A stretch of DNA of 64,000 nucleotides from Amoebophrya sp. A120 (taxonomy: Eukaryota; Protista; Dinoflagellata): contig CAJINV010000004.1 of the NCBI GenBank assembly GCA_905178155.1, positions 7,756,771-7,820,770 of the forward strand, read 5' to 3'. This document shows, one piece after another, positions 47,633 through 59,300 of this stretch. Every line of letters starts with the position of its first letter. The first letter of the stretch is position 1. Made by a program: the position numbers and the translations under genes. The notes below the pieces were generated by a model. That model saw only the letters and a list, made by a program, of their open reading frames with translations. It was not told where the DNA came from and searched no databases.

Positions 47633-50600
47633 ATGGATGTGATTCCAACGATCAAGATCCGCACCTATTTGTCCTCCGCCGAAAAGAAAGCCTCCGGTAG
47701 TACTACTTCCCCAAGACCGAATAAACCGCCTGTGTCATTTTCCAGTACACCGCGATCGTTTAGTTCGATCGCTGGCGGGAAAAACAAGTTTGGCAGCGCA
47801 ACTACCCCAAGAGGACCATCAACGTCTTCTGCCAGCACGAGAACCGCAGCCGCTTTCCACGACCCTCCATTCCCGCCACTTCTAGCTGCACCTCCCCAGA
47901 AACAAGAACCTCGCGTGTCGTGGATTGGCAGCAGTCCGCGGGTGGTTCCGCCCGACTTTTATAGTACCAAGCTGCAAAGAACGCCGGCGCATCTTGAAGA
48001 GAACAATGATTTCGTACTAGGGAGTTTACATTCCACAAGCAGAACATCTACCAGTAAAACTTTCAAGGCGCCGGCGGTGCGCGGCACGGGAGCGAGCTGT
48101 TTCGCGAAGTTCAAAGTGCGGGGGGCGAAATATAGTAATTCAAGAGCCGGAACGGGAACTGGAACATCAAGTGCAGCGGATTTATTGGTAAAAGGAAACA
48201 GTTCGAACCTACTAGGTCGTCACCTCCGTCGTGAGGAGAAGGGGGAAAGAACCGCGAGGCAGATGGCGGCTTCTGGAGCAGCGTCTTCTACTTTCTCTTC
48301 TTCCTCTTGGTCAGTTCCGGCAGGTGATGTTGACCCTGTAGTTGCGGTGGGGGAACAAGAAGTGGCAATAATCGGTCGGGAGCCGAAAGAAGTGGAAGCG
48401 GATGTTGGCACTGCAGAAAACGCAGGCGCTCCTGCCAGTGGTGATACGACAGTTGCAGCGGAAGCGGATTATACCTGTGGTGATGAATCATGCACAGTAG
48501 ACACGGCGACTGCAGAGGATGCCATTATACCTCCAGATTTGGAACGACCTGCATCTTCCGAGGAGACAGTTGATAACGTACAATGTTACGTAGCTAGTGG
48601 TTTTGTTTATTTTGCGATGAGAACTACAGTGATGAACATGAAATGCATCCACTTTGAATTTCCCCCATGCCAGCAACCGACGTCGAATTTCAAATCGTTA
48701 TACAGGATCAACATCTTGACAACAACGGAGAAGAACACAGACCCGAGGCAACATCTGACGACAAGCACCTCCGCCCAAGAACTACTAGACCTGCTACAGA
48801 AACTGGAGATGGTGCACCGTCTAAAGTAGTAGATGACGAGGGCTGCTCGCCTGCAACGAGCTCCTCTGTTGATCGGCAAGACACGTCGGAGGTGTTTCCT
48901 CCCACCGGGCAGCACACCGAGCCACCACCAGCACCTGAAAAGGATTCAGACGGGGGTCCACCTGCAGATGATGACCACGGCCACAGTGATCCCAGCTGTG
49001 GAGATGAAGATTGCTCCACCACGACATCAACGGGAGCTGCTTTTTTCCAGGTGGACCGCTTTCTGGAGCTGATGCGCGCGCCCACTGGCGTTGTCCGCGA
49101 CTGGGTGTGGCAGCAGGGGAAGACCTGGCTGCCGGCGCTTTGGACGACTGGGGCTGCACGACCAGCGGGGGAAGGTTCTTCTTGTGTCGTGCCGGGAGAT
49201 CGGAATGATAAATTTGGAACAGCCACATCCTCAACTACATTCAGCTATTTCGACGCCTGTTCCGAGGACGAAGAGGAACAAATAATCGTGAACTCCGGTG
49301 GACGAGAGTCCGTACTGTCGGATGATGTAAAAACAAAGAGCGACGACGATCATAGCAGCCACGACGAGGAAGATGAAAACGACAGCGAAAATGACCGCGA
49401 GAAGCATCTTCTTCTATCGGGTTCATCATCTTCAAGTTCTTCAAGCCCGACGTCCTCATCCGGTACAACTTCTAGCGCCAGTAGACCGAGTTGTCCCGGA
49501 ACAACAACCCAGAGCGCTTTCGTTGGCGCGGCTCTTGAAGATGATCCCAACAAAACCCCTCCGCACCGGCGTGAGAAGAGCCAAGCTCTTCCCGGACACT
49601 ACTCAAGCACGGTGAACACCGCCAGCTGCGGGTCAGATCCCCTGTCGCCGCTCTTGGAGTTTGTCAGCGCCAAAAGTTCAAGATCCACACCGTCGACAGT
49701 GAAAAAGAGGAGGAAGAAAGACGCTTTTTACGACGCTGCGGCAAAGGCGCTGTTTTCCCGTCCTCTTGCACAACGCGTGCGAAGATCAAGTAGACCTTGC
49801 ACCACGCAACTACTTCTACACCGAGTAGAACTTCTTTGTCGTCTAAAACGAAGATTGTTCCAGGACCTCCTCAGGAAGAGAAAAACAAAAACGCGGAAGA
49901 AGCGTGACGACCAGAAGCCGACGCGCTACAACATGGGCAGGTTCGATCTGGTTCTGAAACTGCTGCAGCGTCCTCGTTTGCTCGCCCGGGGAAGCAGGAT
50001 AAAGAAACGCACTGGTTTCGACACACGTCGACTAGGACCATTGCACTCCTTAGTCCACAGTCCTCGACGGGCTTTATTGTCACGAGAGAGCAGCAGAAAC
50101 CAAGAACTCCTTCTCTCGGAACAAACCAGCGGTGGTGGGCAAAGTTCTACTTCCTACTCGCAAGTCGCGCGTCGCTTGCTGTTTTCCTCGTCTTCTAAAG
50201 CGGGCTCTCGACGGTCGTCGCCGCCGGAGAGTGATGAGCACAATGAATCCGTGCAGCTGTCCCCCTCCTCCTTTGACCCCTTGCCGAATACGCCAGATTC
50301 GGTCAACATCGGAGATGATCACGGCTTGTTCATCGAGAACCAGCTGCGACATCACAAGAGGGACATAAAAGCAAGCCAGCCAGATAGCGAGAAGGCAGCT
50401 GGTGCAGATGACGCGCGCTGCAGAAGAGGCCGCTATAGAAGGGACGACGATGGTGATGTTCTTAGGACAAGCAACAGAGAACAAGGGGATGACGAACAAC
50501 ACCAGGCACGATCGCGACCGGCTCGCAGGTTCACGACCACCATCCTCGCGCTGCGTCCACGACGACCATCTGGTGTCGGGGCAACAACGCCCAACCGTCG

Positions 50601-53600
50601 GAGCAGCCAGCGTCGTGGAACTACTACATCGGTGCCTGCTTGTCTTTTCCGAGGACAGGAAGCTAGAGCAAACTCGTCTCCCCCGCACGCAGACAAGATG
50701 AACCCTGGTCTTGTACAACAACTTCCAGCCGTAACGTTTCTGCAGGAGAAGCGGTTTTTAGTTGCCAATAAACGGGCAACATCGTCCTCTTCTTCTTCAT
50801 ATCAAATGCAAAAATGTCTGGGTCTGGAAGGATGCAAGGTCTGCCATGCACATTTTGCATGACTCTTAAATCTGTCATGCACATTACCCAAGAGACCCAT
50901 GTTTCTGTCATGCAGAAACGCAGTTTGTCATTCAGAATAGGCAACGCCTAGAAGCTCAGAAACTTGTCACGCTGAGCCAGCACTTGTGGCCTCCTCATGA
51001 TACGCCACCCAGCATCACAAGTTTCCAGACCCAGACATTTTTGCAGTTGATACTTCAAGTAACTCATCTAGTTCCTCCCCCGGACGACATCAGGAGGAAC
51101 TCGTCGCCAAAATCCGAAACCCCTTCGCGGAAGATAGTAGCGACGGCAGCTGTCAGAAATTATCTCCGACGAGGATCCTAAATCAAGAGGTACATGTGCC
51201 GAAGCTGGCCTTGTCCTCGCTTTCGCGAAGCAGCACTCCACCTCTGAGAGAGCGACAAGAATCACAAGAACTTCTACATGACGGTGAAGTAGTAGATCAG
51301 CACTCTTTATCATTGTCCTCCCACTCAAGAAAAAGTCGGGGATCAAGGAGAAGCTCTCGTTCGAGCTCGAGCATCGTGGAAACCGACCTTTCCTCCGATT
51401 TGGATTGGAGTGACAGCAATTTCTATCCCACGAAAAAACTGTTTCACTGTGATGATTTTGCAAGTTTTGCATCACAAGTTTGCTCCACATCGCAAAGGAA
51501 GTTTACCATGCGAGCCACCCAAGGAAAAACACGCCTAAAAATGCATTGTCTTGCATGTGTAGCAAGACAAATACATCTGCGGTACACTTTCTGCATTACA
51601 AGTTCACAGTGAAACAGTTTTTTCTGGCGATAATTTCCTCTGGCAATGGCCGCTGCACCAGCTGAATCAGGGACAGCAGCACGGAGGTGATGGCAGCACA
51701 CCTGTGAATATGGATTGCAAAAATGTCTGGGTCTGGAAGGTTGGAACTTGTCATGCTAACTTTGGACTCCAAAAAATTCTGTATTGCATGACCAGCAAGA
51801 GGAGTCCGGTTTGTGCTACGCGTGGAGGGCATTTGTCATGCGGAATAGGCATCAGGAAGGCCTCTAAAAATCTGTGATGCTAGGGCTTCCATGACAGACA
51901 TTCTGTGCCATGCAAAAACAGCATAACAAATTTTGGATTCTATCAGACCCAGACATTTTTGCAATCCATAGTGAACTCCGCCTCCGCGGCGCAGCTAGAG
52001 GCGCGGATGCGGCAGGTCGATATCAAATGCAAAAGTGTCTGGGTCTGGAAGGTTGTAACTTGTAATGCGTCCTGTGGGTCACACAAAAATCTGTGTTGCG
52101 TGATCCCCAAAAGTTGTTCTTTTTTGACCAATATGAGCGGGAGTTTCTCATGCAGGATAGGCATGATGGAGACTTCGCAGGATCTGTCATGCTAGGTTCT
52201 GCATTGCAGACCTCATGGGGCATCGAAAATATGCATGACAAATCTGCATTCTCCCAGACCCAGACATTTTTGCATTTGATAGTCGAGGAAGAATTACGCC
52301 TCGCTTGGGCGGAAGATAAACAGCGGGGAGGAGATGACCATGAACACCGCAAAAATGGAGCCTTTTTGCAACAAGAAGGTCACCAAGTACCACGGTCCTC
52401 TTCACTTGTGTATCACGGAACATCGAATGGGAACAAAAACAATAATGTCACGCCGCTCGTCGTGAAGACTCCCCGGGAAGTAGATCTTTATGGAAGAAGT
52501 TCTTGCACCTCTGCCGGCGACAGAACGGACAATATTGTGCTTTTGGACGAGGAAGACGATGAACTACATGACGGACGAAGCGTACGAGCCGACGCAGCTC
52601 CCGCCGGTGCACGAGGATCTCTTGTCAAGAGCAACGTAGTAGACCTCATCTGCGAGGACCACGAGGCCATCAGCCTGAAAAACAACAGCAACTACCCTCC
52701 GTTCACATCACGAGATCACAGTCTGGATTTCGACGTGCGCTCACGGTTTTTTTCGCACGACGACGACAATATTTTGATAGAGGACGACGCGAGCATTGTG
52801 GAAACTACTTCCTCGTCCGAAGATCTGTTGGATTCTGACGACCATAACTTTCTCTACACCTTCCCCGACCTCCGGGCTACAACAACGTCGCGAACGGCGA
52901 GTCGGGAGGAGATTGTCGTACCTTGTTCAGGTGGGGTGTCGAACGAAGACGCATCTTCGTCATCTTCCGACAATTTTCATCTACGCGCGCGAAACTCAAC
53001 GACCTTCCTCACCGACGACCCGATTCTCGTCGTTTCGCCGTTGCGCGCCGCGCTGCCGTCCGCTAGAAGTAGTTGTGCTAGGAAGGATCGGAGTGCTTCA
53101 TGTGCCGGTTTTTTTCACAACAGCGATGGTGCAACTAAGCTCGCCGATAGTTCCAGCTCTGAACAGCAGCAGCTTTGCGATAGCAAGAGCCCGGTTGTTA
53201 TACAAGACGGTGTGGGTGGAACAAGGAGCAGTAGTAGCTCGAGCTCTAGTTCGTGTCGTGACGAGGACGTTTATCCGCCAGAGGACCACGTCGATGGAAG
53301 AAGTAGAAGGCGGAGGGCCTGCAGCGACGAGGAGGACTCTGCGCGTCGTACTACTTTTCTTGTCGCACACGACAGCAATACCGTCGTCACGAGGGCTTTC
53401 CCATCGGTTTCTGATACGGCATTGACCGGCAAAGTAGACCATCGCCTCACCCCGGATGACGACGAGGCGGGGCAGTTGGATCTACTTCGCAGGACGCTCA
53501 CAGGAGGCTCTAGTACAAGTCGCCGCACGACGAGATCAGCATCCTGTGAGTTGTACACTTCGGTCTCACGCTATGCAACCAGTACAAAAAGGAGTAAATG

Positions 53601-55999
53601 TTTAGCACGGAGCTCTACTTTCAATAATTCAGACGAGGATGTAGTTAACTCCTGCAACACGACACGGCGACCGCACGACCGCACAGCAATTTGTTCCAAG
53701 TCCCTCTCCCCCAGCGCTCGAACGACGGCTGCTACCCAGCACGCGTCGATTACCAGCACTCTCGACGGCCGCGAGACCCTGCAGGGGCCGGATGGATTGG
53801 GACTTTACCTTGCACCACCTCCGGGTTGCAAACCTTTCCCTTTATTTGGGCGCCGCAGGAGCAGCTGCATCGGAGTTGGAAATGGAGGGGAAAACGAGGT
53901 TGACAACTGTTGTAAAAACGAAGGAAGCCCCAAAAGTAGCTTCTACTTGCAGCAGGACGATCCTAAGACCACGACCGTGTCAGCAAACCCTCTCTGGAGC
54001 GACGAAGAAGCGAAAGCAGATTTTTGTCCCGAAGGAGTTCTACTTGGCCCGCCGTCCAGTTGTGCCACAGAAAGTCTATTTTCCCCAAGAAGCGCCAGGA
54101 GTTGCACGACGGCGACCGGTAACATAATAGGCACTCACAAGAATGACATCGACACAACCTCTGAGGCGACAGCACCGCAGCGGACTCTTAGCGTCGCGAA
54201 TTCCCTACAGGATGTTGACAACGTCTCCGAACTCCCTGCGAGTCCGCGAAGCACTTCCGGCGCGCGGATAATATTAAACGATGTGGAAGATAATAATTTC
54301 TCTACAGATGATATTACAACCGCGGCTCTACCGTATGAAAACCTAAACCTAGTACCTGACGGCGGCGCGGGAAGATCCTGTGGTACTACCACTTCCACTG
54401 CAACGAGGAGCTTCTACAGATATCCTGTGCAAAAGTATCGTACTCGTATTGCAATAATGCATTACGAATCTTTTTGTTGACACATCTACCCTGGTAGATT
54501 CTTTTCGTGGAGTGACTGGAAGGAGTTCCTCCGGTCGCCTTTGTTCATGGGCTGGCAGATCCCTAGAAGCTAATGCCTGGAGGTACTGGACTCCCTTCCC
54601 CTGCGAGAGGGGCGGGAGGGTGCCTCCCGTTCGCGGTGTTTGGATTGCGTTTTGAGCTGTTAGACGCAGCTATTTTTGTCCCACCCATCCTCCCGAGTAG
54701 CCACTCACGTCGTGCCGGTCCGTCCGGACAGACGTGTTGGTGGTGGAGTGGGTCGTTCCCTGCTGCGGGAGCGAGGGTTCGACCCGCTCGACCCAGCCCC
54801 AATGGCGCCGTCCAACGGGTTGCTCGGGTTGGTTTGGCGCATAGGATAACAGATGGAAGGAACGCAACGAAAAAGGTAAATCTGCATTGCGAATTTTATT
54901 TCTCATGCGGAGGAAATTTGTGATGCATTTCTACGAACGAGTGCGATACTTTTGCAGTTCATAACAGAAGCCGGAGATTGTCGAAAGACACTTGTAGTAC
55001 CAGTTGCTCGACGAGCGTGCCTATCAAATGCAAAAATGTCTGGGTCTGGAGGAATCTAACTTGTGATGCTAAATCTGAATCATTCAAAAATCTGCGTTGC
55101 ATGATTACCAAAAGCTGGCCACTTTTGACCTAATCGAGAGGCAGTTTCTCATGCAGGATAGGCATGATAGAACTCTCAGTCTCACAGAATCTGTCATGCT
55201 ATGTCCTACATACCAGACCTCATGGGTCATGGAAACCCTGCATGACAAGCGTGGAAATCTTCCAGACCCAGACACTTTTGCAGTTGATAGTGCCACAACA
55301 ACCTGCTCTTCCTCAAGCAGGAGCGCCAACCGGTCTCACGACGTCGACGCAGGTTAATACTGCTGGTCGTGCTGCTGAATCATCAACGACCTCAAGTAGA
55401 AGTGGTGCACAGACCGCTCGCGAACGACTCCCACCTCAAACCGCGGTTCTTGCGCAGAGCAATAGTACCCAGTTTGATTTTGTGTCGCACAAAATCCGCG
55501 CGCAGCGACAGACGATCGCCGGGGGGTCGTTGTCGTCGCGTGGTTGTAGTACTACGACCACGATAACTACGCCAAGAGGTGGAGGACCTCCTGTTGTTGC
55601 CGGAACAGCTTCGTCTGCAGGGGGGAACGGCGGTGTGCAGATGAACAAAGTCGCCACGACGGGCTACGCAATGATGCAGGCTACTTCGGGCACCAATTAT
55701 AGCAGTGGAGCAACTGCTACTGCTGCGGCCCATCAGGTAGTTCCGACGACATCCTCTAATGTGCAGGCGTTTGACTTTACAGCGCATAGGAAGAAAGCAA
55801 GAGACACCACGGTATGAGGTGCAAAAGTATCGTACTAGTAGTAATTGAAATCGCATTGCAAATTCTAATTCGCTTAGCATGACAAATGGACTTTGTCTTG
55901 CTGGTCTAGCTTGGAATAGGGATCTGTAATGCATGAATGCGATTAGGATTACGATTACCACGAGTACGATATTCTTGCAGTGCATACACGGCGTGGTGA
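47633..55999 (+). CDS. Large Ser/Thr/Arg-rich low-complexity hypothetical protein; 7 introners plus a probable GT-AG intron (48578-48705)
   Basis: Long ORFs 47633-, 48667-, 52093- and 55164- chain in frame when elements plus one TSD are removed; ends ...DTTAW* at 55999; no domain recognised. Confidence 0.65.
50800..51052. mobile_element. Introner family A
   Basis: Family A TIRs; TSD CTTCA. Confidence 0.92.
51424..51632. mobile_element. Introner family F2 (single copy here)
   Basis: TIR TATCCCACGAAAAAACTGTTTCACTGTGA...TCACAGTGAAACAGTTTTTTCTGGCGATA; TSD ATTTC. Confidence 0.9.
51709..51970. mobile_element. Introner family A
   Basis: Family A TIRs; TSD GTGAA. Confidence 0.92.
52021..52281. mobile_element. 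Introner family A
   Basis: Family A TIRs; TSD GTCGA. Confidence 0.92.
54421..54963. mobile_element. Introner family D with a nested ~395-bp insert
   Basis: Family D TIRs; TSD ACAGA; foreign interior at about 54476-54870. Confidence 0.9.
55022..55289. mobile_element. Introner family A
   Basis: Family A TIRs; TSD GTGCC. Confidence 0.92.
55813..55986. mobile_element. Introner family D
   Basis: Family D TIRs; TSD CACGG. Confidence 0.9.
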
Positions 56000-56355
56000 T
56001 AGTACAATTAAGAGTATAATAAACCAAGGCACAAAAAGATGACTGAAGCACGAGGCTTCTCGTGTCCGCAGTTGAAAAGTTTTCGGTTTACAATTAGCGG
56101 TAGCTGGGAACAATTATGCGTGTGGGGGCTCAACATCTTCGCGTGAAATAAGAGTGTAAAGGGCAAAAACCTCCATGCACATCGGAGAGGAAAAAAATGG
56201 TGTCGAGTGAATGCAAAATTGTGTTGTCACCAAAATAAGTTGGTCAGCAAGTGGAGCGCAAGGTTAACTGTTCTGTGATCGGGATGTGTGTGGTGTAATA
56301 ATTATTCCATGTGTCGTCACGCGTCAGATAAACCGCATTCAAAATCTGCAAAAAA

Positions 56356-59300
56356 ATGATGGAAATGAATGCCGGCACTATCGGCAAGCGGCGGAAGGTG
56401 GCCCCAGAGGAAGGGGCCGCGGCGGCCGAAGAAACCGGACCGGAAGCCTTGTTTGCAGCTGCGTCGCTGGAAGGCGATGATGGTGAGACGGAGATCAATG
56501 GTCGTTCGAATTCCCAAGCCAGCAACGGGATGAACAACGGAAGATCTTCGCAGGATTGTCAAGACTTCAATTTGATGCCGGAGCCGATCTTTGGAGCTGC
56601 AACTGCGTCGTCACAAGACTCTCCTTTCGGCGAGCATTACGATGAGTCCTGCACGACCTCGTCGGATACAACACGACGACGACGCAAAGTTACTGACGCG
56701 GATATGGAAGTCGACGAAGGCTGCAGAAACGAAAATGAAAGAACCTTCCTGGGCCTCGCCGCTTCGCAAATCGAGGTGGATGAGGTGGAGGCACCGAAGT
56801 TTGTGATGGTGACCAAAATGCTTCCGCCCTCCCAAAAACCACGCAAATCCTCCCCGTCGCCGACGTATTGATGTTTTTCGTTGAGCAAGGTCGTGGTGTT
56901 TATTTCATACCGTGACTGAGTTTTGTCATGCTCATGCAGAACATTTTTTTTTATTTTTCCAAGACGAAAAACTCCCTCAGGCCCCCCTCCACGGCGGAAG
57001 AGCGAACCTTGCTCGCAAGAATCAGCTTCGCAGAGAAAGAACGGAATGACAGCGAAGTGAGTTTGCACCTGCGAAGCACGCCATTGGAGGATGAGGTGGT
57101 TCTGGACCACGAGGGCATGGAGCAACAAGAACCTGGCAACAATATCCGCGAGATTCTGATTCCGGTGAAAGATACCAACTACCACGCGGATACCGACGTC
57201 GAGGGCGGTCGGGGGGAAGGCGGAGACGAGCGGTTTAAGGCGAAGGAGGATTTATTGGATGAAGATGAGGATATGGATATGGATGTCCTTGCTGTGGAAC
57301 CTTTCCAAAACAAAGTCCCGGCCCGCACCAGTGGCGGACATAAAACACCGCGATTCATCTCCACGTCCTTAAAGCGGCCGGCAAGTGGAAGGAGCTCCAC
57401 CGCTACGTTTGCAGCTGTTAAAGGAATAAACGAAATAAACACGACGACGGGACGAGATGAAAAAAGTGCAAGGGTCCGAACCACACTGCTGTCCTCTTCG
57501 AGTTCCACCTCTGCACCGCCTGCTGTTGGTTTCTCGACAGAAGGGCCGGAAGGTTTGAAAAAATTCGATGCGGTTTGTTCTAGTACTACTACGACCTCCC
57601 TGGTCCGCGTTTCCGATGTGTATTTTACAAGTTCGCAAAATCAACTGAAACTCCCCCGGTTTTCCCTTCTCGGCCGGGAGCAGCAAGACATCGTCCGCGC
57701 AGCTTTATTAGGAGACCGATTTCCGATTTTCGGGCCGAAAACGATATTTTTGAAATTTCTCGACGCGCTGTGCAAGTTATGCATTGCAAATATGTCTAGG
57801 TCTGGAAGGTTAGAACTTGTGATGCTAACTTTGGATTCTAAAAAAATCTTTATTGCATGACCAGCAAGAGGAGCCCAGTTTGTGCTACGCGGGGAGGGCA
57901 TTTGTCATGCGGGATAGGCATCAGGAAGGCCTCTAAAGATATGTGATGGTAGATCATGCATTACAGACATCCTGAGTCATGCGAAATATGCATGACAAAC
58001 CTGGTAACCTTCCAGACCCAGACATTTTTGCAGCTGATAAAAATCGACGGACCGGCAGCTGGATCGGTTTGGCAGGCAAATCGAGGAGGCGTTGGAGGAC
58101 GGGGTAAAGGAACTCAGGAAGCAGATCAAGGTATAGTGTATTACGTATTTTTCTTTTTACTTCATATGTCTGCATGACACGAACGAATCATTATGCAGTT
58201 CTTTTCGCATGGCAAATTACAATGCAAAGGTTTTTCTTTTTGCTGATTTGCTGTATTCGGGTATGCATGAGAAATCGATCCTCCGAATATTTTGAACACC
58301 AGACCAAGGAGAAGGAGGTCCTGCGGCTGGAGGAATTCGCGGCGCAGAGCTACGAATTGCTCGAAGTTCGCGATAAAGTCTCCAACCTACAAACGGACTT
58401 GCTAGGGAAGGACGAGGAGTGTAAAAACCAGGAAGAGTTGTACCTGGATTTAAAAACTTCGATAGAGGAGAAGGAAAGAGAAAAGATGGAACTAGACGAC
58501 GAAATTATCGAGCTGGAATTAGATTTGGAGGAAGTGCAAAACGTTTACAAACACGACTTCTGCAGTCTGTTTTTGCGTGGGAAAGATTTTTTACAACTTG
58601 GTCTTCTAGAAGAAGTACCACCTGCCGAGGAGAAGAAAGAGCGGGGAGGTGTGCAGCTCACCGGAAGTGGAACTGCAAGTAGCTCCGGAGTTGGAGGCCC
58701 GAACGGTGAAGCAGTAGAGCCCGGCGCTGCCAATTCTGGTGCTATGGGCGGTGATAGTGCAACTGGTGCGGGACGAGAAATAACAGAACTTCCGTCACAT
58801 CAAGAACCAGCAGCGCCGTCTTCTTCACAGCTGCCGAATAGTAAAACGTGGTTTGGAAACTTTCTGACGCGGGCAAACCAGGAGGTTTCTAAGGCGTGCA
58901 CGAGTTTGTACGAAACGTTAAAGGAAGCGGGGAGCAACGCGGTGCCCAGAGAGCAGAAGGTTGGCTCGGACTTGTCATGATGCTTGGTCTGTCTATCTTT
59001 TCGATACAGATTTTATGTACAGTTTTAGACTACAGCGTTGATGATTTCTACTCGCGTTTATTATTTTCAAACTGAAGTAAACACACACAACTCTGCAAGG
59101 TCGACCGCGTCGTGAGTTTGATCCGGAAAATCTGCCCTACGGACGACGCCCTTCTCTCCGCAACGCAGGCGGTGCTGCAGCTGCCTGCCGAGGATCATTT
59201 GGGGGATTTTGACCGCTTGACCATTCGGACGATCGCGGAAAAATTGGTGCAGCGGGAGAAGGAACTAGCAGCGCTCGTGGAGGAGAAGCAGAAACTTTTT

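Noticed and set aside
54734-54801. Functional tRNA gene
   Set aside because: A-box and B-box-like motifs are present, but the D-arm, anticodon loop and acceptor stem do not form a proper cloverleaf; kept only as a tRNA-like part of a nested insert.
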